DNA of 32,000 nt, from positions 10,381-42,380 of the forward strand of contig JAFXEC010000005.1 of NCBI GenBank assembly GCA_017521005.1, in the 5' to 3' direction. Below are positions 7,912 through 18,443 of this stretch, piece by piece. The DNA comes from Clostridia bacterium (lineage in GTDB: Bacteria; Bacillota; Clostridia; TANB77; CAG-465). The stretch's first letter is position 1. Each line of letters starts with the position of its first letter. The position numbers were made by a program, and so were the translations under genes. The notes under the pieces are model-generated. The model was not told the origin of the DNA and did no database searches. It saw nothing but the letters and a program-made list of their open reading frames with translations.

Positions 7912-8744
7912 TGGGAATTAAAACATTTAAACCAACCACTCCGTCTAGAAGAAATATGACAGCTCTTACTAACGAAGAAATAACTAAAAATTCTCCAGAA
8001 AAATCTTTACTTACAGTATTAAAGAAAAACGCTGGTAGAAACAACACTGGTAAGATAACTGTTAGACACCACGGTGGCGGACAAAGAAGAAAATATAGAG
8101 TAATTGATTTTAAAAGAAATAAATTAGATATGTATGCAACAGTAATTGGTATCGAATACGATCCAAACAGAAGTGCAAACATAGCTTTAATAGAATATGA
8201 AGATGGAACAAAATCTTACATATTAGCACCTAAAGGATTAACTGATGGAATGAAGGTTATAGCTTCAGCTACAGCAGATATCAAAGTAGGTAACGCATTA
8301 CCAATAAGTGAAATTCCAGTTGGTACAGAAATACACAACATAGAAATGCACAAAGGTAAAGGTGGACAATTAGTAAGAGCAGCTGGTGAAGCAGCTCAAT
8401 TAATGGCTAAAGAAGGAAAATACGCACACGTAAGAATGCCTTCTGGCGAAATGAGATTAATACCTGTAGTATGCTTTGCTACAATCGGTGTAGTAGGTAA
8501 CTCAGATCACGAAAACGTATCATACGGTAAAGCAGGTAAAACAAGACATATGGGCGTAAGACCAACAGTAAGAGGATCTGTAATGAACCCTAACGATCAC
8601 CCACACGGTGGTGGTGAAGGTAGAGCTCCAGTTGGACACGCAGGACCTATGACTCCTTGGGGTAAACCAGCATTAGGATACAAGACTCGTAAGAAAAACC
8701 ATAGAACAGATAAGTTCATAGTTAAGAGAAGAAATAGAAAGTAG
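7911..8744 (+). CDS. rplB: 50S ribosomal protein L2
   Basis: ...[11 protein letters not shown]..., ...[11 protein letters not shown]... Confidence 0.98.
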   Translation: MGIKTFKPTTPSRRNMTALTNEEITKNSPEKSLLTVLKKNAGRNNTGKITVRHHGGGQRRKYRVIDFKRNKLDMYATVIGIEYDPNRSANIALIEYEDGTKSYILAPKGLTDGMKVIASATADIKVGNALPISEIPVGTEIHNIEMHKGKGGQLVRAAGEAAQLMAKEGKYAHVRMPSGEMRLIPVVCFATIGVVGNSDHENVSYGKAGKTRHMGVRPTVRGSVMNPNDHPHGGGEGRAPVGHAGPMTPWGKPALGYKTRKKNHRTDKFIVKRRNRK

Positions 8745-8757
8745 GAGGTAACATACT

Positions 8758-9039
8758 ATGTCAAGATCACTAAAAAAAGGACCTTATGTAGATGCTAAAC
8801 TTTTAGCTAGAGTTGAAAAAATGAATGAAACTGACACTAAAGATGCATTAAAGACATGGTCAAGATCATCTACTATATATCCTCAAATGATAGGTCACAC
8901 AATTGCAGTTCATGACGGAAGAAAACATGTACCTGTATATATAACAGAGGAAATGGTAGGACACAAGTTAGGCGAATTTGCTCCAACAAGACTTTTCAGA
9001 GGTCACGCAGGAGACAAAAAGAGCAAACTTAGCAAATAA
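8758..9039 (+). CDS. rpsS: 30S ribosomal protein S19
   Basis: [12 protein letters not shown]...[17 protein letters not shown]. Confidence 0.98.
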   Translation: MSRSLKKGPYVDAKLLARVEKMNETDTKDALKTWSRSSTIYPQMIGHTIAVHDGRKHVPVYITEEMVGHKLGEFAPTRLFRGHAGDKKSKLSK

Positions 9040-9058
9040 TAATTAGGAGGAAACAAGA

Positions 9059-9394
9059 ATGGAAGCAAGAGCTGAATTAAAATTTGCACGTATCAGTGCA
9101 AGAAAAGCTAAAATTGTTTTGGACCTAATAAAAGGTAAAGAAGCAAAAGAAGCGCTAGCTATACTAAAATATACAAACAAAGCAGCTAGCCCTATCGTTT
9201 CTAAAATCCTTAAATCTGCTATGGCTAACGCAACAAACAATCATTCAATGAATGAAAACAAACTTGTTGTAGCAGAAGCTGTTGCAAATCAAGGGCCAAC
9301 AATGAAAAGAATAAGTCCAAGAGCTCAAGGTAGAGCATATAGAATAAGAAAAAGAACTAGTCACATAAGAATAGTTCTAAAAGAAGTAGAATAG
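9059..9394 (+). CDS. rplV: 50S ribosomal protein L22
   Basis: [27 protein letters not shown]... Confidence 0.97.
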   Translation: MEARAELKFARISARKAKIVLDLIKGKEAKEALAILKYTNKAASPIVSKILKSAMANATNNHSMNENKLVVAEAVANQGPTMKRISPRAQGRAYRIRKRTSHIRIVLKEVE

Positions 9395-9406
9395 GAGGAA
9401 GTATTT

Positions 9407-10066
9407 ATGGGTCAAAAAGTAAGTCCACATGGTTTAAGAGTAGGCATTATAAAAGACTGGTCTTCTAAATGGTATGCAAATAAACAAAACTTTGCAGATT
9501 ACTTAGTAGAAGATAACAAAATTCGTAAATATCTTAAAGAGACTTTAAAAACTGCTGGAATTTCTTCTATCAACATAGAAAGAAAAGGAACAGAAGTTAA
9601 AGTAAACGTAATGGCAGCTAAGCCTGGTATGATCATCGGTAAAGCTGGTGCTGCTATAGAAGAACTTAAAAAGAAATTAGAAAAAATGACAGGTAAAACA
9701 GTATCTTTAAATATCGTTGAAGTTAAAAACTTAGATATGGATGCTACACTTGTTGCAGAATCTATTGCTTCTCAACTAGAAAGAAGAATATCTTTCAGAA
9801 AAGCAATGAAACAAGCAATGGCTAAAACAATGAAAGCTGGAGCTAAAGGTATCAAGACTCAAGTGTCTGGACGTTTAGGTGGAGCTGAAATTGCAAGAAG
9901 CGAACACTATAGTGAAGGAACAATACCTCTACAAACTTTAAGAGCAGATATCGATTATGGTTTTGCTGAAGCATTAACTACATATGGTATCATCGGTGTT
10001 AAGGTTTGGATATACAAAGGTGAAGTTCTACCACAAAGAAAAGAAGCTAAAGGGGGTAACAAATAA
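9407..10066 (+). CDS. rpsC: 30S ribosomal protein S3
   Basis: [18 protein letters not shown]... Confidence 0.98.
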   Translation: MGQKVSPHGLRVGIIKDWSSKWYANKQNFADYLVEDNKIRKYLKETLKTAGISSINIERKGTEVKVNVMAAKPGMIIGKAGAAIEELKKKLEKMTGKTVSLNIVEVKNLDMDATLVAESIASQLERRISFRKAMKQAMAKTMKAGAKGIKTQVSGRLGGAEIARSEHYSEGTIPLQTLRADIDYGFAEALTTYGIIGVKVWIYKGEVLPQRKEAKGGNK

Positions 10067-10503
10067 TGTTAGTACCTAAAAGAACAAAATTTAGAAAAAT
10101 GCAAAAAGGTAGAATAAAAGGAAATGCTACAAGAGGAACAAAACTTGTACATGGTGAATATGGAATAGTTGCATTAGAACCAACTTTCATAACTAACAAC
10201 CAAATAGAAGCTGCCAGAATAGTAATTTCTAAATACACTAAAAAATACGGTAAATCTTGGATCACAATATTCCCAGATAAGCCAATAACTAAAAAACCTG
10301 CAGAAACAAGAATGGGATCTGGTAAAGGTAACCCAGAATATTTCGTAGCAGTTGTTAAACCTGGTAGAGTAATGTTTGAAATAGCTGGATTAAGCGAAGC
10401 TGAATCAAGAGAAGTACTTAAAAAAGCTATCCAAAAGCTTCCTATCAAATGTAAAGTAATTTCTAAGGAAGAAAGCCTAGGAGGTAATGACAGTGAAAAG
10501 TAA
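10066..10503 (+). CDS. rplP: 50S ribosomal protein L16
   Basis: [19 protein letters not shown]... Confidence 0.98.
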   Translation: MLVPKRTKFRKMQKGRIKGNATRGTKLVHGEYGIVALEPTFITNNQIEAARIVISKYTKKYGKSWITIFPDKPITKKPAETRMGSGKGNPEYFVAVVKPGRVMFEIAGLSEAESREVLKKAIQKLPIKCKVISKEESLGGNDSEK

Positions 10504-10804
10504 TAAATTAAATGATTACAAAAAGATGGATGAAAAAGCACTAGTTGAAGAACTACAAGCTTTAAAATCTGAGTTATTTAAATTAAGATTATCACTTGCC
10601 ATGAACGGCTTAGATAATCCTAACAAAATAGCAGAAACTAAGAAAAATATAGCTAGAGTTAACACAATCTTAACTATGAAACAAAATGGTGAAGAAGTTA
10701 AAGTTAAAGAAACAGCTAAAAAAGAAAAAGCAGCAAAAAAACCAGCTGCAAAGAAAACAGCTAAAAAAGCAGAAGCAACAGAAGCTGTAGAAGAAAATAA
10801 GTAG
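10487..10804 (+). CDS. rpmC: 50S ribosomal protein L29 with a Lys/Ala-rich C-terminal tail
   Basis: L29 core ...[20 protein letters not shown]...IARVNTIL, then [41 protein letters not shown]. The start could be ATG 10487 or GTG 10493. Confidence 0.9.
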   Translation: MTVKSNKLNDYKKMDEKALVEELQALKSELFKLRLSLAMNGLDNPNKIAETKKNIARVNTILTMKQNGEEVKVKETAKKEKAAKKPAAKKTAKKAEATEAVEENK

Positions 10805-10816
10805 GAGGATAAACTA

Positions 10817-11071
10817 GTGGAAAGAAATGCAAGAAAAACTAAAATAGGTAAAGTAGTTTCAAATAAAATGGATAAAACTATAGTTGTAAGAATAGACACT
10901 AAGTTTAAACATCCACTTTATAATAAAATCATGAACAAAACATTAAAAGTAAAAGCTCATGATGAAGAAAATGTATGTGGTATTGGTGATACAGTAGAAA
11001 TAATGGAAACTAGACCACTAAGTAAAGATAAAAGATACAGACTAGTTAGAATAGTAGAAAAAGCTAAGTAA
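10817..11071 (+). CDS. rpsQ: 30S ribosomal protein S17
   Basis: GTG start after GGAGG; ...[14 protein letters not shown]...HPLY.K. Confidence 0.96.
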   Translation: MERNARKTKIGKVVSNKMDKTIVVRIDTKFKHPLYNKIMNKTLKVKAHDEENVCGIGDTVEIMETRPLSKDKRYRLVRIVEKAK

Positions 11072-11090
11072 TTGAAAAGGAGGAACTACT

Positions 11091-11459
11091 ATGATACAAC
11101 AACAATCAGTTGTTAATGTCGCAGACAACACAGGAGCAAAAAAATTAATGTGTATAAGAGTACTTGGTGGACACCACAGAAAATGGGGTAACATCGGAGA
11201 TGTAATCGTAGCTTCTGTAAAACAAGCAACACCAGGTGGCGTTGTAAACAAAGGCGACGTAGTAAAAGCAGTAATTGTTAGATCTAAAACTGGACTAAGA
11301 CGTCAAGATGGATCATACATAAAATTTGATGAAAATGCAGCTGTTATCATAAAAGATGACAAGACTCCAAAAGGAACTCGTATCTTTGGACCAGTTGCAA
11401 GAGAGCTTAGAGATAAAGATTATATGAAAATAATATCTCTAGCACCTGAAGTACTTTAG
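11091..11459 (+). CDS. rplN: 50S ribosomal protein L14
   Basis: [18 protein letters not shown]... Confidence 0.98.
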   Translation: MIQQQSVVNVADNTGAKKLMCIRVLGGHHRKWGNIGDVIVASVKQATPGGVVNKGDVVKAVIVRSKTGLRRQDGSYIKFDENAAVIIKDDKTPKGTRIFGPVARELRDKDYMKIISLAPEVL

Positions 11460-11472
11460 GAGGTAAAGCACA

Positions 11473-11811
11473 ATGGTAAAAAATATTAAGAATGAAGCTA
11501 AAATCAAACTAAGAGTAGATGACACAGTTATCGTAAACTCTGGCGTAGATGCTGGCAAAAAAGGTAAAATACTAAAAGTACTTAAAGCAGATAACAAAGT
11601 AGTTGTTCAAGGTGTTAACATCAGAACAAAACATACTAAACCTAGAAGACAAGGAGAACAAGGCGGAATAGTTAAAGTTGAGTCTCCTATCCACGTATCA
11701 AAAGTAAATTACTACTGCGATAAATGTGGTAAAGGTGTTAAACTTGGAGTACAAGTTAAAGACGGTAAAAAAATAAGAGTATGCAGAAAATGTAATACTG
11801 AAATTAAATAA
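11473..11811 (+). CDS. rplX: 50S ribosomal protein L24 carrying CxxC-x18-CxxC
   Basis: KOW region VDDTVIVNSGVDAGKKGKILKV; C-terminal YYCDKCGKGVKLGVQVKDGKKIRVCRKCNTEIK. Confidence 0.93.
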   Translation: MVKNIKNEAKIKLRVDDTVIVNSGVDAGKKGKILKVLKADNKVVVQGVNIRTKHTKPRRQGEQGGIVKVESPIHVSKVNYYCDKCGKGVKLGVQVKDGKKIRVCRKCNTEIK

Positions 11812-11824
11812 GGAGGACTAAGTG

Positions 11825-12364
11825 ATGGATCTTAAAGAAAGATACACAAAAGAAGTTGTGCCTGCATTAATGACTAAATTTGGTTACAAATCTATAATGC
11901 AAGTACCAAAACTTGAAAAAATAGTTATAAATATGGGTGTTTCTGATGTTAAAGATAACTCTAAAGCATTAGATATCGCTGCAAAAGATCTTGAAGCTAT
12001 ATCAGGTCAAAAGCCTCTTATAACAAAAGCTAAAAAATCAATAGCTGCGTTTAAGTTAAGAGAAGGTATGAATATCGGATGCAAAGTTACTTTAAGAAGA
12101 GAAAAAATGTATGATTTCGCTACTAGATTATTTGACGTAGCACTTCCTAGAGTAAGAGACTTCAAAGGTCTTTCAACAAAATCTTTTGATGGAAGAGGAA
12201 ATTATGCTTTTGGTATTAAAGAGCAAATGATATTCCCAGAAATCGAATTTGATAAGGTAGATAAAGCTCGTGGTATGGATGTTATATTCGTAACAACAGC
12301 TAAGTCAGATGAAGAAGCTAAAGCTCTTCTAGAACTACTTGGCCTACCTTTTGCAAAGAATTAA
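11825..12364 (+). CDS. rplE: 50S ribosomal protein L5
   Basis: [16 protein letters not shown]...; the ATG at 11825 is 8 nt after AGGAGG. GTG 11822 is also possible. Confidence 0.96.
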   Translation: MDLKERYTKEVVPALMTKFGYKSIMQVPKLEKIVINMGVSDVKDNSKALDIAAKDLEAISGQKPLITKAKKSIAAFKLREGMNIGCKVTLRREKMYDFATRLFDVALPRVRDFKGLSTKSFDGRGNYAFGIKEQMIFPEIEFDKVDKARGMDVIFVTTAKSDEEAKALLELLGLPFAKN

Positions 12365-12377
12365 GGAGGAAAGTTTA

Positions 12378-12563
12378 ATGGCTAAAAAATCAATGATAGC
12401 TAAACAACAAAGAACACCTAAGTTTAGCACAAGATATTATAACAGATGTAAATTGTGCGGAAGACCACATGCCTATATTAGAAAGTATGGTATATGCCGT
12501 ATATGCTTTAGAGAATTAGCATACAAAGGTGAAATACCAGGCGTTAAAAAGGCTAGCTGGTAG
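12378..12563 (+). CDS. rpsN: 30S ribosomal protein S14, type Z (zinc form)
   Basis: [44 protein letters not shown]...; the true start at 12378 follows GGAGGA. The upstream extension in the track overlaps rplE. Confidence 0.96.
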   Translation: MAKKSMIAKQQRTPKFSTRYYNRCKLCGRPHAYIRKYGICRICFRELAYKGEIPGVKKASW

Positions 12564-12580
12564 TAAGGAGGAACGTAAGA

Positions 12581-12976
12581 ATGAATTTAACAGATCCTAT
12601 AGCAGATATGTTAACTAGAATAAGAAATGCAGCAAAGCAAAAACATGCAACTGTTGACGTTCCTTATTCAAAAGTTAAAGCTGAAATATCAAACATACTA
12701 TTAAACGAAGGCTTTATTGCTGATAGAGAAGTAGTAGAAAATGGAACACATAAAAATATAAGAATTACTCTTAAGTATAAAGAAAATAAATGCGTAATCC
12801 AAGGTCTAAAGAGAATCTCTAAACCAGGTCTAAGAATTTACGCTGAAAAAGAAGAATTACCAAGAGTATTAAATGGATTAGGAATAGCAATTATTTCTAC
12901 ATCAAAAGGTATTGTTACAGATAAAGTAGCAAGAAAAGAAAACGTTGGTGGCGAAGTAGTCGCTTACATATGGTAA
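12581..12976 (+). CDS. rpsH: 30S ribosomal protein S8
   Basis: [17 protein letters not shown]... Confidence 0.98.
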   Translation: MNLTDPIADMLTRIRNAAKQKHATVDVPYSKVKAEISNILLNEGFIADREVVENGTHKNIRITLKYKENKCVIQGLKRISKPGLRIYAEKEELPRVLNGLGIAIISTSKGIVTDKVARKENVGGEVVAYIW

Positions 12977-12989
12977 GGGAGGAGAAAAT

Positions 12990-13526
12990 ATGTCTAGAAT
13001 AGGAAATAAAGCTATAACAGTTCCAGCTGGAGTAGAAGTTACTGTAAATGGAAATCACGTTGTAGTAAAAGGACCAAAAGGAACATTAGAAATGGACGCT
13101 GTAAAAGAAATGACAGTTAAAGTTGAAAATGGTACTGTAGTAGTTCTTAGAGACAACGATGAACACAAAGCATTACATGGACTAACAAGATCCCTTATTG
13201 CAAATATGGTTACAGGTGTAACAGTAGGTTTCGAAAAGAAACTTGAAATAAACGGTGTTGGTTACAGAGCAGCTAAACAAGGAAACAAACTTGCTTTAAC
13301 TCTAGGTTACTCTCATCCAGTTGAAGTAGAAGATACTGCAACAGTTAAAACTGAAGTACCAGATCCTAACACAATATTAGTAAAAGGAATCGACAAACAA
13401 GAAGTTGGAGAATTCGCAGCTAAGATAAGAGAATACAGATTACCAGAACCATACAAGGGCAAAGGAATCAAATACGCTGATGAACGTATAATTAGAAAAG
13501 AAGGAAAAGCCGGCGGCAAGAAGTAA
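12990..13526 (+). CDS. rplF: 50S ribosomal protein L6
   Basis: [17 protein letters not shown]... Confidence 0.98.
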   Translation: MSRIGNKAITVPAGVEVTVNGNHVVVKGPKGTLEMDAVKEMTVKVENGTVVVLRDNDEHKALHGLTRSLIANMVTGVTVGFEKKLEINGVGYRAAKQGNKLALTLGYSHPVEVEDTATVKTEVPDPNTILVKGIDKQEVGEFAAKIREYRLPEPYKGKGIKYADERIIRKEGKAGGKK

Positions 13527-13538
13527 GGAGGATAAAAA

Positions 13539-13898
13539 ATGAGAAGTAGAGATAGCAAACAAGCAAAAAGAGAAGCTAGACAAAGCAGAGTAAGAGCTAC
13601 TGTAAAAGGTACAAGCGCAAGACCAAGACTTTGTGTTAACAAAAGCTTAACAAACATTTATGCACAATTAATTGATGATGAAACTAGAACTACACTTGTT
13701 TCAGCCTCAACTCTTGACAAAGAGGTTACAACTAAAGCTTCTAACGTAGAAGCAGCAAAAGAAGTAGGAACTTTAATTGCTAAACGTGCATTAGAAAAGA
13801 AAATAGATACAGTAGTATTCGACAGAAATGGTTACTTATACCATGGAAAAGTTAAAGAATTAGCAGAAGCTGCAAGAGCAGCAGGACTTAAGTTTTAA
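13539..13898 (+). CDS. rplR: 50S ribosomal protein L18
   Basis: ...[20 protein letters not shown]...; operon position. Confidence 0.97.
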   Translation: MRSRDSKQAKREARQSRVRATVKGTSARPRLCVNKSLTNIYAQLIDDETRTTLVSASTLDKEVTTKASNVEAAKEVGTLIAKRALEKKIDTVVFDRNGYLYHGKVKELAEAARAAGLKF

Positions 13899-13918
13899 GG
13901 TTAGGAGGAAAATAAACA

Positions 13919-14458
13919 ATGACTGATACTAAACAAGTTAAAGAAAACAGACAACGTAGAGAAAAAAGAGAAGACAGAACACCTGAATTCAAAGAAAAAG
14001 TTGTTTACGTTGGACGTGTTGCTAAAGTTGTAAAAGGCGGAAGAACATTTAGATTTAGCGTACTTGTAGTAGTTGGAGATGAAAAAGGAAGAATTGGTGT
14101 TGGTTCAGGAAAAGCATCAGAAGTTCCAGAAGCTATCAAAAAAGCTACAGATGCAGCTAAGAAAAACTTAATAAAAGTTCCAGTTGTAAACGGAACAGTA
14201 CCTCATGAATATACTAAGAAACTTGGTTCTTCAATCGTAATAATCAAGCCAGCTCCAGAAGGTACAGGTGTTATCGCTGGTGGTGCTGTAAGACCAGTTC
14301 TTGAACTTGCAGGAATTAAGAATGTTACAGCTAAAACACTAGGATCTCGTAATGGAAGAAACGTAGTACTTGCTACAGTTGCTGCATTACAAGAAATGAG
14401 AACAGTTGAACAAGTGGCAGCAGCAAGAGATATTACAGTAGAAAAATTATTAAAATAA
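13919..14458 (+). CDS. rpsE: 30S ribosomal protein S5
   Basis: ...[24 protein letters not shown]... Confidence 0.97.
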   Translation: MTDTKQVKENRQRREKREDRTPEFKEKVVYVGRVAKVVKGGRTFRFSVLVVVGDEKGRIGVGSGKASEVPEAIKKATDAAKKNLIKVPVVNGTVPHEYTKKLGSSIVIIKPAPEGTGVIAGGAVRPVLELAGIKNVTAKTLGSRNGRNVVLATVAALQEMRTVEQVAAARDITVEKLLK

Positions 14459-14484
14459 TAGTATAAGAGAGGAGGATGACCTAA

Positions 14485-14922
14485 ATGGAAATACATAATT
14501 TAGGACCAGCTGTTGAAAAGAAATCTAGAAATAGAGTAGGTCGTGGAATTGGAAGCGGTAACGGAAAAACTGCTGGAAAAGGACATAAAGGACAAAAAGC
14601 TAGAACAGGTGGAAAAATAAGAAGAGGGTTCGAAGGAGGACAAACTCCACTTTATAGAAGAATCCCTAAACGTGGATTTAATAACATATTTAGCACTGAA
14701 TACGCTACAGTTAATGTTTCTGATCTTGAAAGATTCGAAAACGGTACAGTAGTAAATATGGAACTTTTAGTTAAAGAAGGCTTAGTAAGACGTGAATTAG
14801 CAGGACTTAAAGTGCTTGGTAATGGAACACTAACTAAGAAAGTAACAGTTGAAGCTAAAAAGTTCACTAATGCAGCTAAAGAGAAAATAGAAGCAGTAGG
14901 TGGAAAGATAGAGGTGAAATAG
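14485..14922 (+). CDS. rplO: 50S ribosomal protein L15
   Basis: ...[26 protein letters not shown]...; follows rpsE after only 26 nt, with no rpmD between them. Confidence 0.97.
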   Translation: MEIHNLGPAVEKKSRNRVGRGIGSGNGKTAGKGHKGQKARTGGKIRRGFEGGQTPLYRRIPKRGFNNIFSTEYATVNVSDLERFENGTVVNMELLVKEGLVRRELAGLKVLGNGTLTKKVTVEAKKFTNAAKEKIEAVGGKIEVK

Positions 14923-14923
14923 T

Positions 14924-16228
14924 ATGTTTGAAACAATAAAAAATATGTTTGTAGTAAAAGACATTCGTAAGAAGATACTATACACTATATTTATAATACT
15001 TTTATTCCGTATTGGTACATTCATAACAGTACCAGGAATAAACAAACTGGCATTTATAGAAGCTTTCGAAGCTCAATCAAATGGAATACTTGGAACAATA
15101 AACATTATTTCAGGTGGAGCATTCAGTAGATTATCTATATTTGCGATGACTATATCACCATATATCACAGCATCAATCGTACTACAACTTCTTCAAGCTG
15201 TTATCCCAAGTTTAGAAAAACTTGCTAAAGAGGGAGAAACAGGAAGAAAGAAATTAGGTAGATACACAAAGATGTTAACAATGGCATTTGCAGTTGTTGA
15301 AGCAATTGGTCTTTACCTAAACTATAGAACAGCAATGTTACCAGCATTATCTGTTGGAGCAATGAAAGCTGTTGGTATGATAATGTTCGTAGTAAGCATG
15401 ACAGCAGGTACAGCATTATTAATGTGGCTTGCAGATAAAATTACAGAGCACGGAATTGGAAATGGTGTGTCAATGATGATCTTCGTAGGTATCGTTTCAG
15501 GAGCACCAAATGCAATAACAGCTCTAGCAAAATTTGCAGCTATAAGAAAACTTAATATATTAATAGTAGTAGGCGTTGTAATTGCATTTATTGCACTTCT
15601 AGCAGGTGTAATATTTGTACAACAAGCTGAAAGAAGAATACCAGTAAATTATGCGAAACGTGTAGTTGGTAGAAAAATGTATGGTGGACAAAATACACAC
15701 ATACCATTAAAACTTGCTATGGCTGGTGTAATGCCAATCATCTTTGCAATGTCATTCTTAATGATACCAGGTACAATAATTCAATTAGTAACAAAAGGTG
15801 CAGCAACAGGATTTTGGGGAGTAGTTCTTAAAATATGTTCAGCAGCTTCAGGTTGGTACTTAATAGCATATGCTATTATATACATGTTATTAATAGTTGG
15901 ATTTACATTTGTATATACAATGTTTACTGTTAATCCTGTGGAAATGTCTAATAACCTAAAACAAAATGGTGGATTTATTCCAGGAATAAGAGCTGGTAAG
16001 AATACAGCAGAATATATAGAAAAAGTATTAAAAAATATTACTTGGTCTGGAGCTATATTCTTAGCACTTGTTGCAGTACTTCCAGTAGCATGCCAAGGCT
16101 TAATGCCAGATTTAGCATTATCTTTTGGTGGTACTACAATACTTATCGTAGTAAGCGTTGCTATAGAAACATTAAAGACTATAGAAACACAAATGGTTTC
16201 AAGACATTACGATGGTTTCTTAGACTAA
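14924..16228 (+). CDS. secY: preprotein translocase subunit SecY
   Basis: 434 aa, 10-TM pattern, ...FAMTISPYITASI..., ...GNGVSMMIF.... Confidence 0.97.
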   Translation: MFETIKNMFVVKDIRKKILYTIFIILLFRIGTFITVPGINKLAFIEAFEAQSNGILGTINIISGGAFSRLSIFAMTISPYITASIVLQLLQAVIPSLEKLAKEGETGRKKLGRYTKMLTMAFAVVEAIGLYLNYRTAMLPALSVGAMKAVGMIMFVVSMTAGTALLMWLADKITEHGIGNGVSMMIFVGIVSGAPNAITALAKFAAIRKLNILIVVGVVIAFIALLAGVIFVQQAERRIPVNYAKRVVGRKMYGGQNTHIPLKLAMAGVMPIIFAMSFLMIPGTIIQLVTKGAATGFWGVVLKICSAASGWYLIAYAIIYMLLIVGFTFVYTMFTVNPVEMSNNLKQNGGFIPGIRAGKNTAEYIEKVLKNITWSGAIFLALVAVLPVACQGLMPDLALSFGGTTILIVVSVAIETLKTIETQMVSRHYDGFLD

Positions 16229-16241
16229 TAAGAAATATAAA

Positions 16242-16278
16242 AAAGTTGTTCAAAGTTTATCTTTGGGCATCTTTTTTT
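16242..16278 (+). terminator. intrinsic terminator after secY
   Basis: 14-bp imperfect stem, AAAGTTGTTCAAAG / CTTTGGGCATCTTT (1 mismatch, 2 G-U), loop tttat, running into a T-run. Confidence 0.5.
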
Positions 16279-16300
16279 ATGCACAAATATTAATATTACA

Positions 16301-16329
16301 TTGACCCTAAATTACTTTTGGTATATTAT
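16301..16329 (+). promoter_or_regulatory. sigma-A type promoter, TTGACC-17-TATTAT
   Basis: TTGACC 16301-16306, TATTAT 16324-16329. It lies inside the N-terminal extension given in the ORF track. Confidence 0.5.
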
Positions 16330-16357
16330 ATCTATATACAAAAGAGAGGGTAATGTT

Positions 16358-17878
16358 ATGGAAGATATGAATAATAATTTAAATAATAACTTAAATAATA
16401 ACAATAATGGTAATGAATTAAAACCACAAAGAACAAGTTTTGGTAGTTTAATTATAGCTATTTTAGTTGTAGTTGCAATATTAGCTATAATTAAAGGAAC
16501 TACAGATTTGTATGAAAAGGCAACAGGAATTGTAGACGGTGTTGGCAAAATAGAGAATAATCTTTCTAATATGGGGAATATAAATGTTGGGGATTATGAG
16601 GATAATGACGACACAGATAAACCAGCAGAAGAAAATACGGATGTTCCAGAAACAATTGATCCGTATGCAAAGTATCCAAATATTAAATGGGCTGGAAAAG
16701 AAGATACTGTAAAGAATATTAAGTTATATATAGAAAATGAAGCAGTGTATTCTAATGACACAGATAATAAAATAACACATAAATGGGCTACTATAGGAAC
16801 TCCAAAGAAAATAAAGCTTGATCCACCAGCTGTTGTAGCAGTAATGGTTACAGAAGAAGGTAAAGTATATGATATTTCTTATGATTCATGTATACAAGTT
16901 TTAGAACTTAATAAATATAACATAGTGGATATGGCATATTTAGATAACCATACATACGAACATTTTTATTTCTTAACATCAGACGGAAACCTTATAGATA
17001 GATATGGTGTACCATATGAAAAATATGGATTTGTTGATAAAATTGAGTTTGGAAAGATGTGGAGTATACCATTAGATAAATATGATTATGGTTATCATTG
17101 GAATAACGAAAAAAATGTATATGAAGTTATAACAAACAGTTCAAAATCTAAATTATCATTTGCAAAAGTATATGCTTTTGATGAATATATTTTAATACAA
17201 ACATCTCACGGAAAATTATTTAAATATGAATATAATAGTGTAGCAAAACAAGAATCGGATACTTTTGTATCAAGAGTAGAAAGAAAAGGCTCTGGAGAAA
17301 ACTTGAGTATAGTGGTTACATTTATGGATCTTTCTACAAAGGAATATAAAAATCCAACTTTAGCTTATGATGTAAAAGCAGATAAGGAAATAGATATAAA
17401 TAAATTAACTAAGTATGTTGAACAACCTAAAGTCGAAGTGCCAGATCTTTCAGGTGCTATAGATGAATTAGAAAAGATATCTGATCAATTACAACGACTT
17501 ATTATGGCAGCATATGACGCAAAAACTTTAACAGGAGCAGAAGCACTAGCGGCTTTTCAACAATACCAAAATTCAGATCTTTCAATAATATTAATTACTA
17601 ATGAAAAAGGAACTGCATATACAGGTAAATACAAATTAAACGAAAACAACTTAAAAGTAAGTAATTCAAAAGATGCGGCAGTAGCAAAGGAACATAAGAC
17701 TTATACCGATGGGGTATATTATATAGGTTCAGCATTAGAATTTGATGAAAATACAAAAAGAACATCATTTGCAAATTTGTGGGACAGCTTTGGTGTAAAT
17801 GCAGGACAAATATATTATTCTTCAATAATTAAGGATAATTTAGAGAATCCATGCGGTATAGTATTTATGCAACAATAA
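16358..17878 (+). CDS. membrane-anchored hypothetical protein (Asn-rich N-terminus, one TM, large extracytoplasmic domain)
   Basis: ATG 16358 after AGAGGG. MEDMNNNLNNNLNNNNNGNELKPQRTSFGSLIIAILVVVAILAII...; no family recognised. Confidence 0.6.
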   Translation: MEDMNNNLNNNLNNNNNGNELKPQRTSFGSLIIAILVVVAILAIIKGTTDLYEKATGIVDGVGKIENNLSNMGNINVGDYEDNDDTDKPAEENTDVPETIDPYAKYPNIKWAGKEDTVKNIKLYIENEAVYSNDTDNKITHKWATIGTPKKIKLDPPAVVAVMVTEEGKVYDISYDSCIQVLELNKYNIVDMAYLDNHTYEHFYFLTSDGNLIDRYGVPYEKYGFVDKIEFGKMWSIPLDKYDYGYHWNNEKNVYEVITNSSKSKLSFAKVYAFDEYILIQTSHGKLFKYEYNSVAKQESDTFVSRVERKGSGENLSIVVTFMDLSTKEYKNPTLAYDVKADKEIDINKLTKYVEQPKVEVPDLSGAIDELEKISDQLQRLIMAAYDAKTLTGAEALAAFQQYQNSDLSIILITNEKGTAYTGKYKLNENNLKVSNSKDAAVAKEHKTYTDGVYYIGSALEFDENTKRTSFANLWDSFGVNAGQIYYSSIIKDNLENPCGIVFMQQ

Positions 17879-17896
17879 GAAGGAGAGGGATAATAT

Positions 17897-18400
17897 ATGG
17901 TAGTAGCAAGTATAATTTTTGGAATATTAGGATTACTTTCGTTTTGGGTACCAATAATAGGTTTACTATTTGCGGGTATAGCGTTATTATTAGGAATAAT
18001 AGCAGTACTAAACAGAAACAATACAGCAAAAACGGGGTTAAAAATAACAGCGTTAGTTATAGCAATAATAGCAGTTGGAATGTCTTATTTAATAACTTCA
18101 ACAATATTAGGTCTTGCGTCAGTAGCAGTTGATTTATTAGAAGAAACAACAACGATGGCTAACAAATTAGAAGGAAAACCAGAACTTCAAGAATTAGCAT
18201 CAGATCTATACAATGAATATATTAGTATAATAATTGAAAACAAATTAACAAAAGGTAAGATATCTAATGAAGTGGCAGAAAGAAGATATATTGATATTCT
18301 TATGAATGAACATAGAGAATTATTTAACGCGGGTTATGATATCAAAATGAAAGAAGATTATAAATTTGAGATAGTAAATCCCGACGAAACAAAGATATAA
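17897..18400 (+). CDS. membrane protein with a DUF4190-like N-terminal hairpin and a soluble C-terminal domain
   Basis: GGAGAGGG SD; SIIFGILGLLSFWVPIIGLLFAGIALLLGIIAV... pattern. Confidence 0.6.
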   Translation: MVVASIIFGILGLLSFWVPIIGLLFAGIALLLGIIAVLNRNNTAKTGLKITALVIAIIAVGMSYLITSTILGLASVAVDLLEETTTMANKLEGKPELQELASDLYNEYISIIIENKLTKGKISNEVAERRYIDILMNEHRELFNAGYDIKMKEDYKFEIVNPDETKI

Positions 18401-18409
18401 AATAAAAAT

Positions 18410-18443
18410 AAAAGGTAAGGATGAAACTTACCTTTTATTTTTA
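18410..18443 (+). terminator. intrinsic terminator
   Basis: AAAAGGTAAG-gatgaaa-CTTACCTTTT followed by ATTTTT. Confidence 0.8.

Noticed and set aside
16042-16293. 83-aa ORF overlapping the secY 3' end, and 17851-18132 (+) overlapping the cassette genes.
   Set aside because: They are out-of-frame overlaps with well-supported genes, they have no SD, and their composition is biased.
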